NCBI RefSeq assembly: GCF_009914755.1
Contig: NC_060932.1
DNA from: the human T2T-CHM13v2.0 reference genome, Homo sapiens
Reading direction: 5' to 3' (one strand)
DNA length: 64,000 nucleotides
The translations under genes were made by a program, and so were the position numbers. This document shows positions 13,926 to 28,420 of this stretch, one piece after another. How positions within the stretch are numbered: position 1 is the stretch's first letter; each line of letters begins with the position of its first letter. Under the pieces are notes generated by a model that was not told the origin of the DNA, made no database searches, and saw only the letters and a list, made by a program, of their open reading frames with translations.

Positions 13926-14064
13926 TATCATTTTTAAAATTCTGATAGGTTTCTACTGAGTTTATCCTAGGGATGTGTAAAACTAGGGAGAATATGGGTT
14001 AATCAAGGAGCTACTCCTAGCTTAACACCATTTTACTTAGAGCATAATTCTTATGGGCAGGGAG

Positions 14065-14292
14065 GGACTTTGTAGATAGACATATCTATGTTTGTATTCT
14101 GGTTTCAAAACTCACTCGTTAATTATCTCTGGGAAGGGTCATTTATAATCCTTACCTTAGTTTATTCATCTGTATAATGTATATAATAAAATCTTATTCA
14201 TAGAGTTGTTGGAGGGAATAAATTAAATAGTGAATGTAAAGTGCTTCAGACACAATTCTTGGTGGGTGGTAAAAACTTAAAGAAATGTAGCT
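14065..14292 (+). mobile_element. MIR
   Basis: 'ccttagtttattcatctgtataatg...ttattcatagagttgttggagggaataaatt...atgtaaagtgctt'. Confidence 0.7.
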
Positions 14293-15287
14293 GGCCTACA
14301 ATATCAGAGAAGCATAATAAAAGAGAAATATAAGAGAGAACAGATGGGATAGAGGAGAAGCAGAAAATGTCAAAACTATGCAAAAGATGGCTCAAACAAC
14401 GTTAAGATTGTCCAGCCTCTGCAAGGTGGACAGAATAAGGGTCACAATGCATTTACAGGGCATAAAATACTCGATGACTTGACATAACTACAATTCAAGA
14501 TGACATAGGCAGAATTTTTATATGCTCCCTAAGTACTCCCCTGTGCTAAATTTTCCATTATCACTGACACTCCTCTCATCTCTTCCACTTATCAAAGCAT
14601 TGATCTTTCAGTCATATTTGATTTATAGAAATCCTTTGCAACTCATTTGCAATCAATCAGCCAAACCTGCTTTTTTTTTTATTTTTTTATTTTTTAGCAC
14701 TGTGTATCTCCACATGATGTCCATCCAGTTCTTAGAAGCACCACTAGGCAGGGAGTCATGAGACATGGATTTTAGCTTCAACTAACAGTGACTTGGACGA
14801 GAGTATGTATGCCTCTTACCTATGAAATAGGAGTGGTAATCAAGAGAGCTCAATCTCATGGAACAGCATGGTCATTAGATATGATTACAGATTGGAAGGT
14901 CCTGTAAGTGTCAGGCATTACCATTATCATCATCATCGTGGTGATTTTTTTATCTGTGGTATCTATCTATACCTTAATTTCTTCAGGCCTTGAGATCTTC
15001 ATGTGAAGGAAAAGGACGTAGTTGCAAGACCTGCCCTTTGCATTATCATAAGTTTTAAAAGCAATAAAGCACAGAGAAATGTTTTCTAAAATCTAAAACA
15101 TTTTATGTAAGTGAGCATTGTTAGTTACCTCAAGATCCTTAATGGAAATATGTCATGGATACTGGACTAATAAAGAGCTATTTTGAGTGACAAATTATTT
15201 CTAATAAGTTGAAATTAAACTTTTAAAGCTTCAGAGAAAGCTTAAATGGTAACTTTTGTTATAAGTATATATATCTACATGATTATT

Positions 15288-15324
15288 TGTGTGTGTATGT
15301 GTTTGTGTATGTGTGTGTGTGTGA
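15288..15324. repeat. Imperfect (TG)n microsatellite
   Basis: tgtgtgtgtatgtgtttgtgtatgtgtgtgtgtg. Confidence 0.9.
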
Positions 15325-15699
15325 GTGAGCACACAAATATTTGCCTATAAACATATCTGGTTAGGCCTATTTATGATAAGTTTAAAGGTTTTATTGTTTA
15401 TGACACTGCAAATAAATCCATATAATCTTTTTTATTTATTAAAAATGAATGAATGTGTTATTAGAATTACTTTTGAAAGCATTGTATTGTACAGGCTTAA
15501 TCTGACAGCCTATGCTTAGGCATTCAATTTATTTTAATGGCCCTACATTTAAATCAAACTATGCATGACTTACAAAACAACATTTACTATTTTTACATAG
15601 TAAGAGTTTGTTCTGACCTAACAGAAAGTTTAGAATTGAACCATATTTCAATGCAAATCATGTAACAAACTAAAATTTAAGTCCTAGAAATCTGTGCAT

Positions 15700-15865
15700 G
15701 TGAATTTTAAAATGTAAATTAGAATTAAATTAAATTAAACTTGAATTTCTCTATCATATAAGGCACATTTCACGCTCTCAGTAGCCACAGTTAGTGATTA
15801 CCACACTGGAGGGTGCAGATGTAGAAATTTCCATCATTGTCAAAAGTTTTACTAGAGAAAATTGC
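15700..15865 (-). mobile_element. MER3 (hAT-Charlie MITE) remnant
   Basis: 'cacatttcacgctctcagtagccaca...tgcagatgtagaaatttccatcattgtcaaaagttttact' matches the recalled antisense MER3. Confidence 0.7.
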
Positions 15866-17179
15866 TATAGACAGATACTTGAAATAATATTGGACCAACA
15901 ACCAGAAAGTTTTATTCCATTTGCATATCCTCATCAAATTTCCACATTTAAGAAAAGAAGGAGGATGTTCTGCATATAATTTTTAGCTACACTGAGAATT
16001 TGTGAAGTTTGATTTTCTGTGAGAAATATATGATGATATCAACCTTATATTTTATTCTTGAGTATAAAATAGCATATACAAATTACAAAATATTTTAAAT
16101 AGTAAAAATGGCATATTTGTATATAATTTCTTTTTAACATTTAATTCTGTTTTGCGAAGTTAATTTTAAGACACTCCACATATTTCCATATTTTGATGCT
16201 GTTTCATTTTCGTCTATCATTTTAATGTTAGATCAGAAGAACATTTACTTATTAGTCATTGCCACAGATCAGACAACTAAAAAATTAAAGATAGTAACAT
16301 ACTAAGTCCCACATTTTTATGATTAATATTTCTTTTTAAAAAATCAAATGTCAATGAAATGCTCCACTGAACATTTTAACCTATTTTATATCCTTAGAAA
16401 CATTTAATTAATTGAGTTGTTCACCTGACATTTTTACAGATTGCTTTGATTGTAAAAACGTCATTTTAAAATGACATTTTTATATGGTCTTGGTCTTAAA
16501 AACATCAAATGGGGGATAATTCTTCATTTGAAGTTATTAAACATGGCTATAATCATAAAAATGTCATTTTAAGATAATTCTTCATTTGACCTTTTTTATA
16601 CTTAGCTGCTCTTTTCTTTTCTTCCTTAAAAATTTGATATTAGAAATGAAAGTTAATAGAATTTTAAAGCTGTACTGAAAAAAATTCAAATCAAGATTTC
16701 ACTGCTAATGCTGCCATTGCACTCACAAAATGTTTTTACTACCCATCCTTGATGCATTACAGTTAGTGGTGGAGTGTGCATGTGTATGTGTTTCTGCATG
16801 TGTGTGTGTATGTATGATCCAACAATGACATTCACCCATGCTTACTGGTGTCTTCTCTCAAATAATCAATGGCTCTTTACAGCTTTTAGCTGTTATTACA
16901 CTTTTAAGTATATTAGTCTCTAGAGGCAAATCGCACGATAGCCATTTTCTTTCAGTTAAGATGAGGATGAATATGGCTTTAAAGTCATGTAATTGTGATA
17001 ATTACTTGGATATGGGGTATAGTCTTCTCCTAACTCTATGCATATGTGCACCTTAAATAATATTTGTTTATTCATATACATGTTTTATATTGAAAGCATA
17101 GGAAGAATGGAGTTCAATATTTGTGTTTATTTAATGACTTTTTAGTGTGTAATAAATATGCTCATATTTTTGGCTAATA

Positions 17180-17352
17180 GAATAATGATAATAATAACAT
17201 TTTTGAGCAAATGTTTTCCATTAGGCACCAGTGTGAGAATTTTGCCTGCATGATTAATTTTCAAAACAACCCTGTGAGGGTTTTGTTATTGGATTATGCT
17301 TAGAGATAATGAAACCCAAAATGAGTAGAACCAGAATTTGAAAGCAGGCAGG
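17180..17352 (-). mobile_element. MIR
   Basis: 'aataataacatttttgagca...taggcacc...aacaaccctgtgagg...agaaccagaatttgaaagcaggcag'. Confidence 0.65.
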
Positions 17353-18599
17353 CATAGCCAACAAGATAAGTTAATTCTCAGGGTTTTTCTTAAATGCTAC
17401 TTGCCAATAGGTAACACAAATATTTTCTTATGCTTTATTTCATAAGATAAATCAGTGGACAAGCATTTAGTAATTACCAATATGTTGTTATTGCTGAGAA
17501 GAAGATTACCAAAAGAATAAAAGCATAATGATTGACATACATAAACATCTATTATAATTGATGAAATGAAGCAAAGTGAATGCCTTAGATTTATACTCTC
17601 CAACAGGGCAACACATTATTTTTTGCTATCACAAACAGGCAAGAAAGAGCACAGAATTAAGTATTTATGTATTACCTCATTCATCTCTTTATTCCAATGT
17701 TATATATTAAGTATTTTAAGAGATAAAGAGATATTGTACTCAGCTTGAACATACCTTGGTAACATAAGGCAAAGTTCCGTCCAATAGAAATTGAGCCTCA
17801 GAGAAGAGAGAATAGACAGATACATCCAAATAAAGTTAAAGGCAAATAAGGAATTGGAAGAATTTGAATGCCATATTGGTTAGATTCTATTTATATTGTA
17901 GGACATGCAGTTTTGGAATTATTATGGCAGGAGATCAGCTTAAGTGAAGGAGATTCCCAGGAGGTACCAAAAAGTATCTTGCTTCTCCTTCTCCTATTTC
18001 AGTTACAAGCAAGTCTCCTCTTGTAAGCCAAGAAGACACTGGGACAGGTAAATAGCTAGGACATAAAGGAAATGATCAAGACAATTACTGCGGTATCTGT
18101 ACTGTGAAACACCTGAGTCTCTGGACACCGGTGCAAGAGAACACTAAAACAAAGACCGATCTGGCGTAAGTTATGGTGAGACTTTGGCCAATGGACAGGA
18201 AAGGACCCTCCAAGGAAGGGCTGATATAGACCATCTTAATAAGACTTCCCTTTACTTATTACTTCTCAGAGAATTGAGGATGGTCAGAATATATGATCGG
18301 AGTCTTGTCTATACTTCAGTCTGAGAGAAACCCAGAAGCCTCTTTCTACTATCTGTATAGGGGAATAATGACTACCTGCTGTTATACTACCAGCCTGACT
18401 CCCCCATTCTTGATAAACATTTTATTTAATGTTCTCTAGTAGCTTGATCTGGACTCACTGAACTAATTGAAAGAAATAACAAAGGATGGGGCCCAGAAGG
18501 CACAGAGAGTAATAACCAAACATATAAACACACACACACACACAGTTTCCCAAAAAGTAGGCCTGGTCTGATAGAGGGAGCAATTGTAAACTTAAATAA

Positions 18600-19640
18600 C
18601 AAAGATGATTCTGGTATTTAAGGAGATTCATGTAGAGCACACAAAAGAAAGAAAAACTCTGTGGACTGGAAAAAAGGGATTTTCAAGTAAACATTTTTGG
18701 TAGAAAATTGAAAGAAAAGAAGATTATCGATGAGATTTGACTTAATCAGCTTAAAGAGGCAAAGAAAGAAAAAATTATCCTAAACTAAAGAAAAAACTTA
18801 ATCTCAGTCTGAATTTTCCTAGCAAGTTTCATAGGTATTAATGAGAAAACACACTCAGGCATTTAGTGCTAAAATGCTTTAACTCCAAAATCAAGGAAAT
18901 AAAATGTCACAAGCTTTCAAATTAAAATAAAAATGACTTATTCAAAAAAAAAGTAGATCAATTTAGATGTTACATCTGCAACGTGTTTTCTTGTTTGTTT
19001 GTTTGTTTGTTTTGAGACGAAGTCTCGCTCTCGTGTGCTATCCTAGTTCACTACAACCTCCGCCTCCTGGGTTCAAGCAATTCTCCTGCCTCAGCATCCC
19101 AAGTAGCTGGGATTACAGGCATGTGCCACCACGCCTGGCTAATTTTTGTATTTTTAGTAGAGATGGGGTTTCACCATGTTGGCCAGGCTGGTCTTGAACT
19201 CCTGACCTCAGGTGATTCTCCCACCTCAGCCTCCCAAAGTGCTGGGATTACAGGTGTGAGCCACTGTGCCCAGCCTTACATCTGCAACATTTCAGGCTTG
19301 AAGATGGTGGGATAATATCTACAGGCTATTAGGAGAGAAGACACCAAGTCAAAAATTATATCATTCAACTATAAGGAGATATACATTAAATAAGATAATA
19401 TATTGAAAATTAAGAAAAATATACTCCCCAAAGTAGACTACACAGACAACAAATAAAAACCTATCAGAAGATAAATAAGAAAAAGGAGGAAAAACAGGAA
19501 TGCAACACTTCGTTATGTTCTTGCTGTTCTTGCATTGTTGTTTGTTTATTCTTTGCTTTTAACCTTTTCTAACTATATAGATACCAAAAATAATAATAAG
19601 CAAGATAGAATATAAAAGATAGATAACACTTATTGTATTC
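18600..19640 (+). mobile_element. Highly decayed L1ME/HAL1-like ORF1 remnant
   Basis: A-rich strand bias and ORF1-like segments 'acacactcaggcattt', 'caagctttcaaa', 'atcaatttagatgttacatctgcaaca'. Confidence 0.35.
18983..19275 (-). mobile_element. AluS (Sx/Sz-like) with 13-bp TSD and a short internal deletion
   Basis: TSD ttacatctgcaac at 18970-18982 and 19276-19288; 'gacctcaggtgat' S-type motif. Confidence 0.95.
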
Positions 19641-19701
19641 ACTTCTTGAAATTGAAGGGCCAGGGTGCGAAGAAAATTTTAAGGGTCAGAAGTGAAAGTA
19701 T

Positions 19702-20902
19702 GGACACTTTAGCAATATTGATTCTTCTAATCCATGAACATGGAATTCTTTCCATTTTTAATGACCTCTTCAATTTCTTTCATCACTGTTTTATAGTTTT
19801 TATTGTAGAGGCCTTTTGCTTCCTTGTTTAAGTATATTATTAATAATTTATTTTATTTGTAGCTGTTGTAAATGGGGTTACTTGTCTTGATTTCCTTTTC
19901 AGATTGTTCACTATTGGCATATAGAAATGCTACTGATTTTTGTATGTTAATTTTATAGACTGAAAATTTACAGAATTTGTTTATCAGTTCTAATAGTTTT
20001 GGGTGGAATCTTTAGGTTCTTCCAAATATAAGATCATATCATCTGCAAACCAGGATAATTTTACTGCTTCCATTCCAATGTGAGTGTCTTTTATTTCTTT
20101 CTCTTGTTCTGCTCTAGTTAGCACCTTGAGTACCGTGTGGAATACAAGCAGTCAAAGTGAAAATCCTTGTTGTGTTCTAGAACTTAGAGGAAAGGCTTGC
20201 ATTTTTTTTTTCGCATTCATTATGATACTGGCTGTGAGTCTGTTGTATACAGCTTTTATTGTGTTGAGATATGTTCCCTTCATATCCGGTTTTTTAAAGA
20301 GTTTTGAATCATAAAGGGATGTTAAATTTTACTGAATGCTATTTCAGCATCAATTGAAATGATCATATGGTTTTTGTCCTTCAGTATTCATATGAGGTAT
20401 CACATTGGTTGATTTGTGTATGTTAAACCATTTTTGTATCCCTGAGATAAATCCCACTTGGTCATGATAAATGATCTTTTTAATGTGTTGTTAAATTAGT
20501 TTTGCTAGTATAGGCTGAGGATTTTTGCATCAATGTTCAGAGATATTGGCCTGCAGTTGTTTTTTTTGTTGTGTCTTTGTCTGGACTTGGTACCAGGGTA
20601 ATACTGGCTGTGTAGAATGAGTTTGGAAGTGTTTCCTCCTCCTCTATTCTTTTGGAATAGTTTAAGTATAAATAGTATTAGTTCTTCTTCAAATGTTTGC
20701 TAAAATTCAGCAGTGAAGCCACAGATCCTGGGGTTTTCTTTGAAGGGAGACATTTTATTATGGCATTGATCTGGCTACTTGTTATTGGTCTATTCAGATT
20801 GAGAATTTCCTTGTTGTTCAATCTCGGTAGGTTGTACCTGTGTAGAAATTTATCCATTTATCACAGAGTTTCAATTTATTGGCATACAGTCACTCAGTAG
20901 TC
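19702..20902 (-). mobile_element. Inverted 5' segment of a twin-primed L1MA2/3 (ORF2 RT region)
   Basis: Antisense ORF2 incl. 'gatcatatcatctgcaaac' (FADDM motif) at ~20032-20050; its L1 3' end (...aaagtgtccatact) is contiguous with the start of the + segment at 20903. Confidence 0.85.
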
Positions 20903-23029
<2,127 letters not shown>

Positions 23030-23449
23030 AAGTGAAAGTATCAAACCAAATTAATTAATATAAAAAAGGGAGAAAAATTTGGGTAGAAAGATAGAGGGAT
23101 AGGATGGCTAAACTTTGAAAAAACAGAATATTTTGGTGGGAAAATTAGTATTTTATTTTCATATAAAACTGAAGACAAGTGTTTGATTATGAACACCATT
23201 ATAGGGAGAGTAAAACTAAAACAATAGTAAAATATAGCATAGTTTACAAATTATAAAGAGAAAAATAAATGACAAATATTGCTGTGTTCACATCAGAAAA
23301 TATAATAAAAATATAAAAGAGAAAAAATATGTTACAAACTAAAACACTGGAAGAAATAAAATGAGCTTAATTCTTCCATTAAAAGAAACAGCTTGTCAAA
23401 TTGAGTTAAGAAGAAGTAAAACTTTATGTTTGTTTTAGATTGGAGAAAT

Positions 23450-23980
23450 GATGCAAATTCTTTGCTTCTTCTTGAATCCATACCTTTTGTTACATAAAAA
23501 CAGTCCTTTTACAAAGGAAGCAAAGTCGTTTCATTGCTTGGATCTGTCATTTGATTTAGAAGTACCAGTGTACCGAGGTACGAAGCTAGATCTTGAAAGG
23601 TGGTGCATGTTGCATTGCTATTGGTCCACTGTCCTGGCTAAAGCAGCATGCTTGGGATAGTCAGCTCGAGAATGAGATACATGACACAAACTAAGTTGCC
23701 CAAGTTGTCCCAGTAGAGACCATCCTGGATCAGCTAACAGATAGCAGACTTTCAGATAAATGAGAGAAACCTGATGAAAATCTGAAGAACTCCCATTCAT
23801 ATGCAGTTCGCTGCAGACAGATAAAATAAATCTAGCTAAAATCAGCCAGCCATAGGTCAGTACGGCTGAATTCTGCCACAAAATTAGTTTGCTATAAATA
23901 AATGATTACTATTGCAAAATACTGGAGTTTTGTGTTTCTTTATGACACATTATTGTGACAACAGAAAGTAGATTTATATA
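23450..23980 (+). mobile_element. MLT1 (ERVL-MaLR) solo LTR, old subfamily
   Basis: 'ccagtagagaccatcctggatcagc...aataaatgattactattg...ggagttttgtgtttc...acattattgtgacaacag' resembles an MLT1H-J 3' end. Confidence 0.55.
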
Positions 23981-25270
23981 ACAAAGATACTAAAACAATA
24001 TATAACACAAAGAAAGTTAGAAATAAAGACATTGGCAGGAAAAGATGAAGCAAATGCAACCAAAAAGAAAATGTAGAGGCCCATTTAATATCAGATAAGT
24101 GAAATGTAAGATTAAAAGCATTTAACATGAGAAAAGAAAATATTAAATAAAAATAAAAGGCCCAACGTATAAAGAAAATGCTATAATCATTAACATGTAT
24201 CACCTAAGTTGCTGATAAATATGTACTCTCTAAACTATTAGGATTGTAAAGAAAATTGATTTATTATAAAATAATTTTCATATGTCTCTTTCAAAACTTA
24301 ACAGCTCCTATAGAATAAAAAGTAAAAATATAGAGCATTTAATTCAATCAACAAACTTAGTTTATTGACATACAGAGGCTTAAACTCTTTTACTATCCCT
24401 TTTTAAAGCCCTGAACATTAAAAATATATATGTACTGATCATATATTGGCTCAAAGGAAAACCTCAACAAATTCAACATTTGTGGTTTAATCAATATTTA
24501 AACTTAAACCAGTATATCTAGATATTGGTAAGAACAAGGTGATTTATCTCCACCAAGCCTTAACTACCAAGAAATTAACACTTCTACATATATCTTAGAT
24601 CATATTAAAAATCAATACTGATATTATCAACTATATGAAAAACAATGCAAAGTAGAACATTTTAAAACAAAACTATATGACAATACAGCTTATATAAGCA
24701 ATCTTCAATAGAGATTTGTATCCATGAAATATATCACTGTGAAGAGGAACAACAATGGGAACAAAATATTAAACTTATCTTAAGAAATTAAACCAAAAAT
24801 AAAAAATGGAAATGTATTAATTTTAAGCTGAAATTAATACATAAATATTTTAAAAATATATTGTAAAATATCTAGAGATATAAACATCATATGAGTCTCA
24901 TAATGGAAAAATAAAATATTAAAAATCATAATATTAAGAATTAGGAGAAAAAATACATAAAATATGATCAAATTATTTATAAGAAAATGTAGGCAATTCT
25001 ATAGAAAATAATTACAATCCTAGAGGGTACAGACAAGTACCTCTTCAATATAAATACCAAAATTTACCCAAAATGAAGTGAAAAACGTTAAAAAACCAAT
25101 TACCATAAGAAAGAAAATATGATAAAGTACCTACCAATGAAAAACTATAACTATAAACTAACCAGAACTATAAAATTTTGCGGCTGAATTTTGCCTCATT
25201 TCTAAAGAATCCATTCCAAGTTGTTGAAATATAGAGAGCTCTAAAATTATTTTTTCTGAATTCAACATAA
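23980..25270 (+). mobile_element. Ancient L1ME ORF2 (endonuclease region) remnant
   Basis: 'gcaaatgcaaccaaaaagaaa...ttaatatcagataa', 'tgatcatatattggctcaaaggaaaacctcaacaaattc'. Confidence 0.6.
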
Positions 25271-25274
25271 ATTT

Positions 25275-27285
25275 ATAACCAACTCCAAACATCATATTCA
25301 ATGTTGAACGATTAAAAACTTTTCCTCTAAGATCAGGAACAAGACAAAGATTTTCACTTTCTTTACCTCTATTTAACATGGTACTAGAAGTCCTAATCAG
25401 AGCAATTGGACAAGAAAAATAAATAAAAGGCATCTAAATTGGGAAGGTAGAAATAAAATTACTTGTGTTTGCAGATGACAGACCTTATATGTAGAAAACT
25501 CTAAAGATCCCACACACACATACACAAAAAATATTAGAATAAACAAATGAATTCAGCAAAGTCACAGGATACAATATTAACACAAAATTCTATTATGTTT
25601 CTATACATTAACAATGAGCAATTCAAAAAGAATATCAATTTATAATTACATGAAAAATAATAAAATACCTAGGAATAAACTTAACCGAGGAGGTGAAAGA
25701 CTTAAGCAGTGAAAACTACAAAACCTTGCTAAAAAAATTAAAGAAGACATCAACAAATAGAAAGACATCTCATGTACCTGGATTAGAAAACTTAATTTTG
25801 TTAAGATGTCAATACTATTCAAACTATGCTACAGATTCAATGCAATTCCTATTGAAATCTCAATGGCATTATTTTTTTCGGAAATAGAAAAATTCATACT
25901 AAAATTAATTTGGAATCCAAAGGGATGTTGAAGAACCAAAACAATCTTAAAAAGAAAAAATGAAAGAAAGAAGTTGGGGAACTCACTTTCTGATTTCAAA
26001 ACTAATTACAATGCTACAGTAATAAAAAGTGTGATAATGTCATACAGACAGATATATATACTAAAGGAATAGAATAGACAGCCTAAAAATAAATTCTCAC
26101 ATATATGGTCAAATGATTTTCAACAAGTGTTCCCAAGATTGTTCACAAGGAAAGAACATTTTTGGGGGGAAAAACAGGATATCCACAGGCAAAATAATAA
26201 AGTTGGAATCTTACCTAACATAATATAGAAAAATTAAGTCAAAATGGATGAAAGACCTAAACGTAGAAGCTAAATCTGTAAAACACTTAGAATAAGCACA
26301 GGGGAAACACTTTAAGATACTGGATTTGGCAATGATTTTTTGCATATTACACCAGAGGTAAAAGAAACAAAAGAAAAAACCAGATAAATCAGGCTACATC
26401 AACATTAAATACTTCTATGCATCAAAAGACACAATCAACAGAGTAAAAAAGCAAGCAAAAACTGAAAAAAAAAATGAAAATCATATATCTAACAAGGGGT
26501 TAAAATGCAGAACAAATAAAGAACTCCTACAACCCAACAACAACAATAAAACAAACAACCCATTTAAAAACTAGGCAAAGAAGTTGCATAGACATTTCTC
26601 CAAAACAAACGCTCAAATGATCTGTAAGCTTAACCTCACTAGTCATTAGGGCATTGCAAATCAAAATCACAATGAAATACTACAAATTCACACCCATTAG
26701 GATGTCTTTTACCAAAAACGAACAAACAGAAAATAACAAGTGTTGGTGAGGATGTGGAGAAACTGGAACTATCGTGCACTACAGGTGGGAATGTGAAATC
26801 ATGTAACTGCTATGAAAAACAGTATAGTGGTACCTCAAAATGGTAAAAAGAATTATCATATTATCCAGCAATTCCACTTTTGAATATGTAGCAAAAAAAC
26901 TGAAAGTATGGTCTTGAGGAGATATTTGCATACTCATGTTCAGAGCAGCATTATTCAAATTAGCCAAAAGATAGAACACAAGTGTCTATCTACAGGTGAA
27001 TGAATAAACAAATTGTAGTATAACATACAATGGGACATTATTTATCCTTAAAATAGAGGAGGATTCTAAGACGTGCTGTAACATGAACCTTGAGAACATC
27101 ATGCTAAATAAAACAGACACTTTAAAAAAGACAAATAATGTATAATTTCATGTATGTGAATTACCTAATACAGTGAAATTCATAGAGATAGAAAGTAAAA
27201 TGGTTGTCAGAGGCTGAGTTTAGTGAAAAGTCAGGATTGTTTGATGGGTATAGGGTTCAGTTAATGCAAGCTAAAAAGAGCTCCA
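25275..27285 (+). mobile_element. L1MB-type 3' portion (RT C-terminus to 3' UTR)
   Basis: 'tttcctctaagatcaggaacaagacaaag', 'tttgcagatgaca' (FADD), 'aaatacctaggaataaac', 3' UTR 'aaattcatagagatagaaagtaaaatggttgtcagaggc'. Confidence 0.85.
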
Positions 27286-27289
27286 AAAT

Positions 27290-28420
27290 AAACAATAAAC
27301 CCCTCTTAATTTTGATTACTGGTGCTAAAACTAAACCCCTTTCTTGCATATTAACAAACACAATTTGTATCTGTATTAATATAATATATTAGCAATAATT
27401 CTATATTGTAACATATCAGCAGTAATGATATATAAGACCATTTGGTATGTTTTCCAGATACAGAGTAATAAATAATATAATAATATTGCACTATTAAATA
27501 ATGTTGAAACATGATGTTTAAATATTAAAACATCTAATATTATAATTCACCATGTCAAAATCTAAAGTAGAAAATAATCATTAAATGTCAAAAAGCAAAC
27601 ATTAGCTGCCATTTTATACAAAATTACAGAGTACAAAAATAATATAATAATGATTAATTACAAATAATACTTTCCATGATTATAAACATTATAATTAAGA
27701 ATAGGATCTAATGGATTAATAGGTTTAGAATGAACTGAAAAATCAGTATAGTTCTCTATAGTATATGAAAGAACCTAAAAACATAGTAACAGAAAGCCAG
27801 ACAACTCAAGGAAAAGAGATCAAGGACAGTAATAAGCAATTAATGACCCCAAAATTTAACAACTACAAGAAGAACTGTTCAAACTCACTAATTAGACAGG
27901 GTCATAAAAACTAAAATAACAAGGAGATATTATTTCATAACCATTAAGCAGGCAAAGGAAAAATGTGATAATATGTTAGTAGGAATTTAGGAAACAGTAT
28001 CCTCACACATTGCTGGCAAAAATGCAGGTTGTTACATATAGTACATCTATTCCAATTATACCTGTACACATATCATTCCCCCAGTGATTCCACTCCCATG
28101 GAAACCTGTCCTGTATTAAGAAATAAAAATAAATAAATCATTCAATATATAAGTAAATACAGTGTAGAATTATGCATGGTCAAAAATGGAAACAGATCGA
28201 ATGCTCATTAGGAAGAAAATAGAGGTAAGAGTAAACAGTGGTGTTAGAAGCCAAGAAAATATAGCTGTAAAAGAAGAGTACGTGTGTGGGGAGAAGTAGC
28301 ATATTGTGTGCCCATGTGTGTTTTGTGTAGTGTGTGTGTGCGTGTGTGTGATATGCATGTATTTTACAGAGTATATCCATGATAATAGAGAGGTTAATCA
28401 AATTGCCAAAGTTTATATAA
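27290..28420 (+). mobile_element. Ancient L1ME remnants (ORF2 / 3' end)
   Basis: 'tgttcaaactcactaatt', 'atttcataaccattaagcaggcaaa', 'cacattgctggcaaaaatg', 'ccagtgattccactcc'. Confidence 0.5.

Noticed and set aside
18967-19315. ORFs such as '[15 protein letters not shown]', with similar ones at 22177, 45186 and 54208
   Set aside because: Standard antisense Alu translations.
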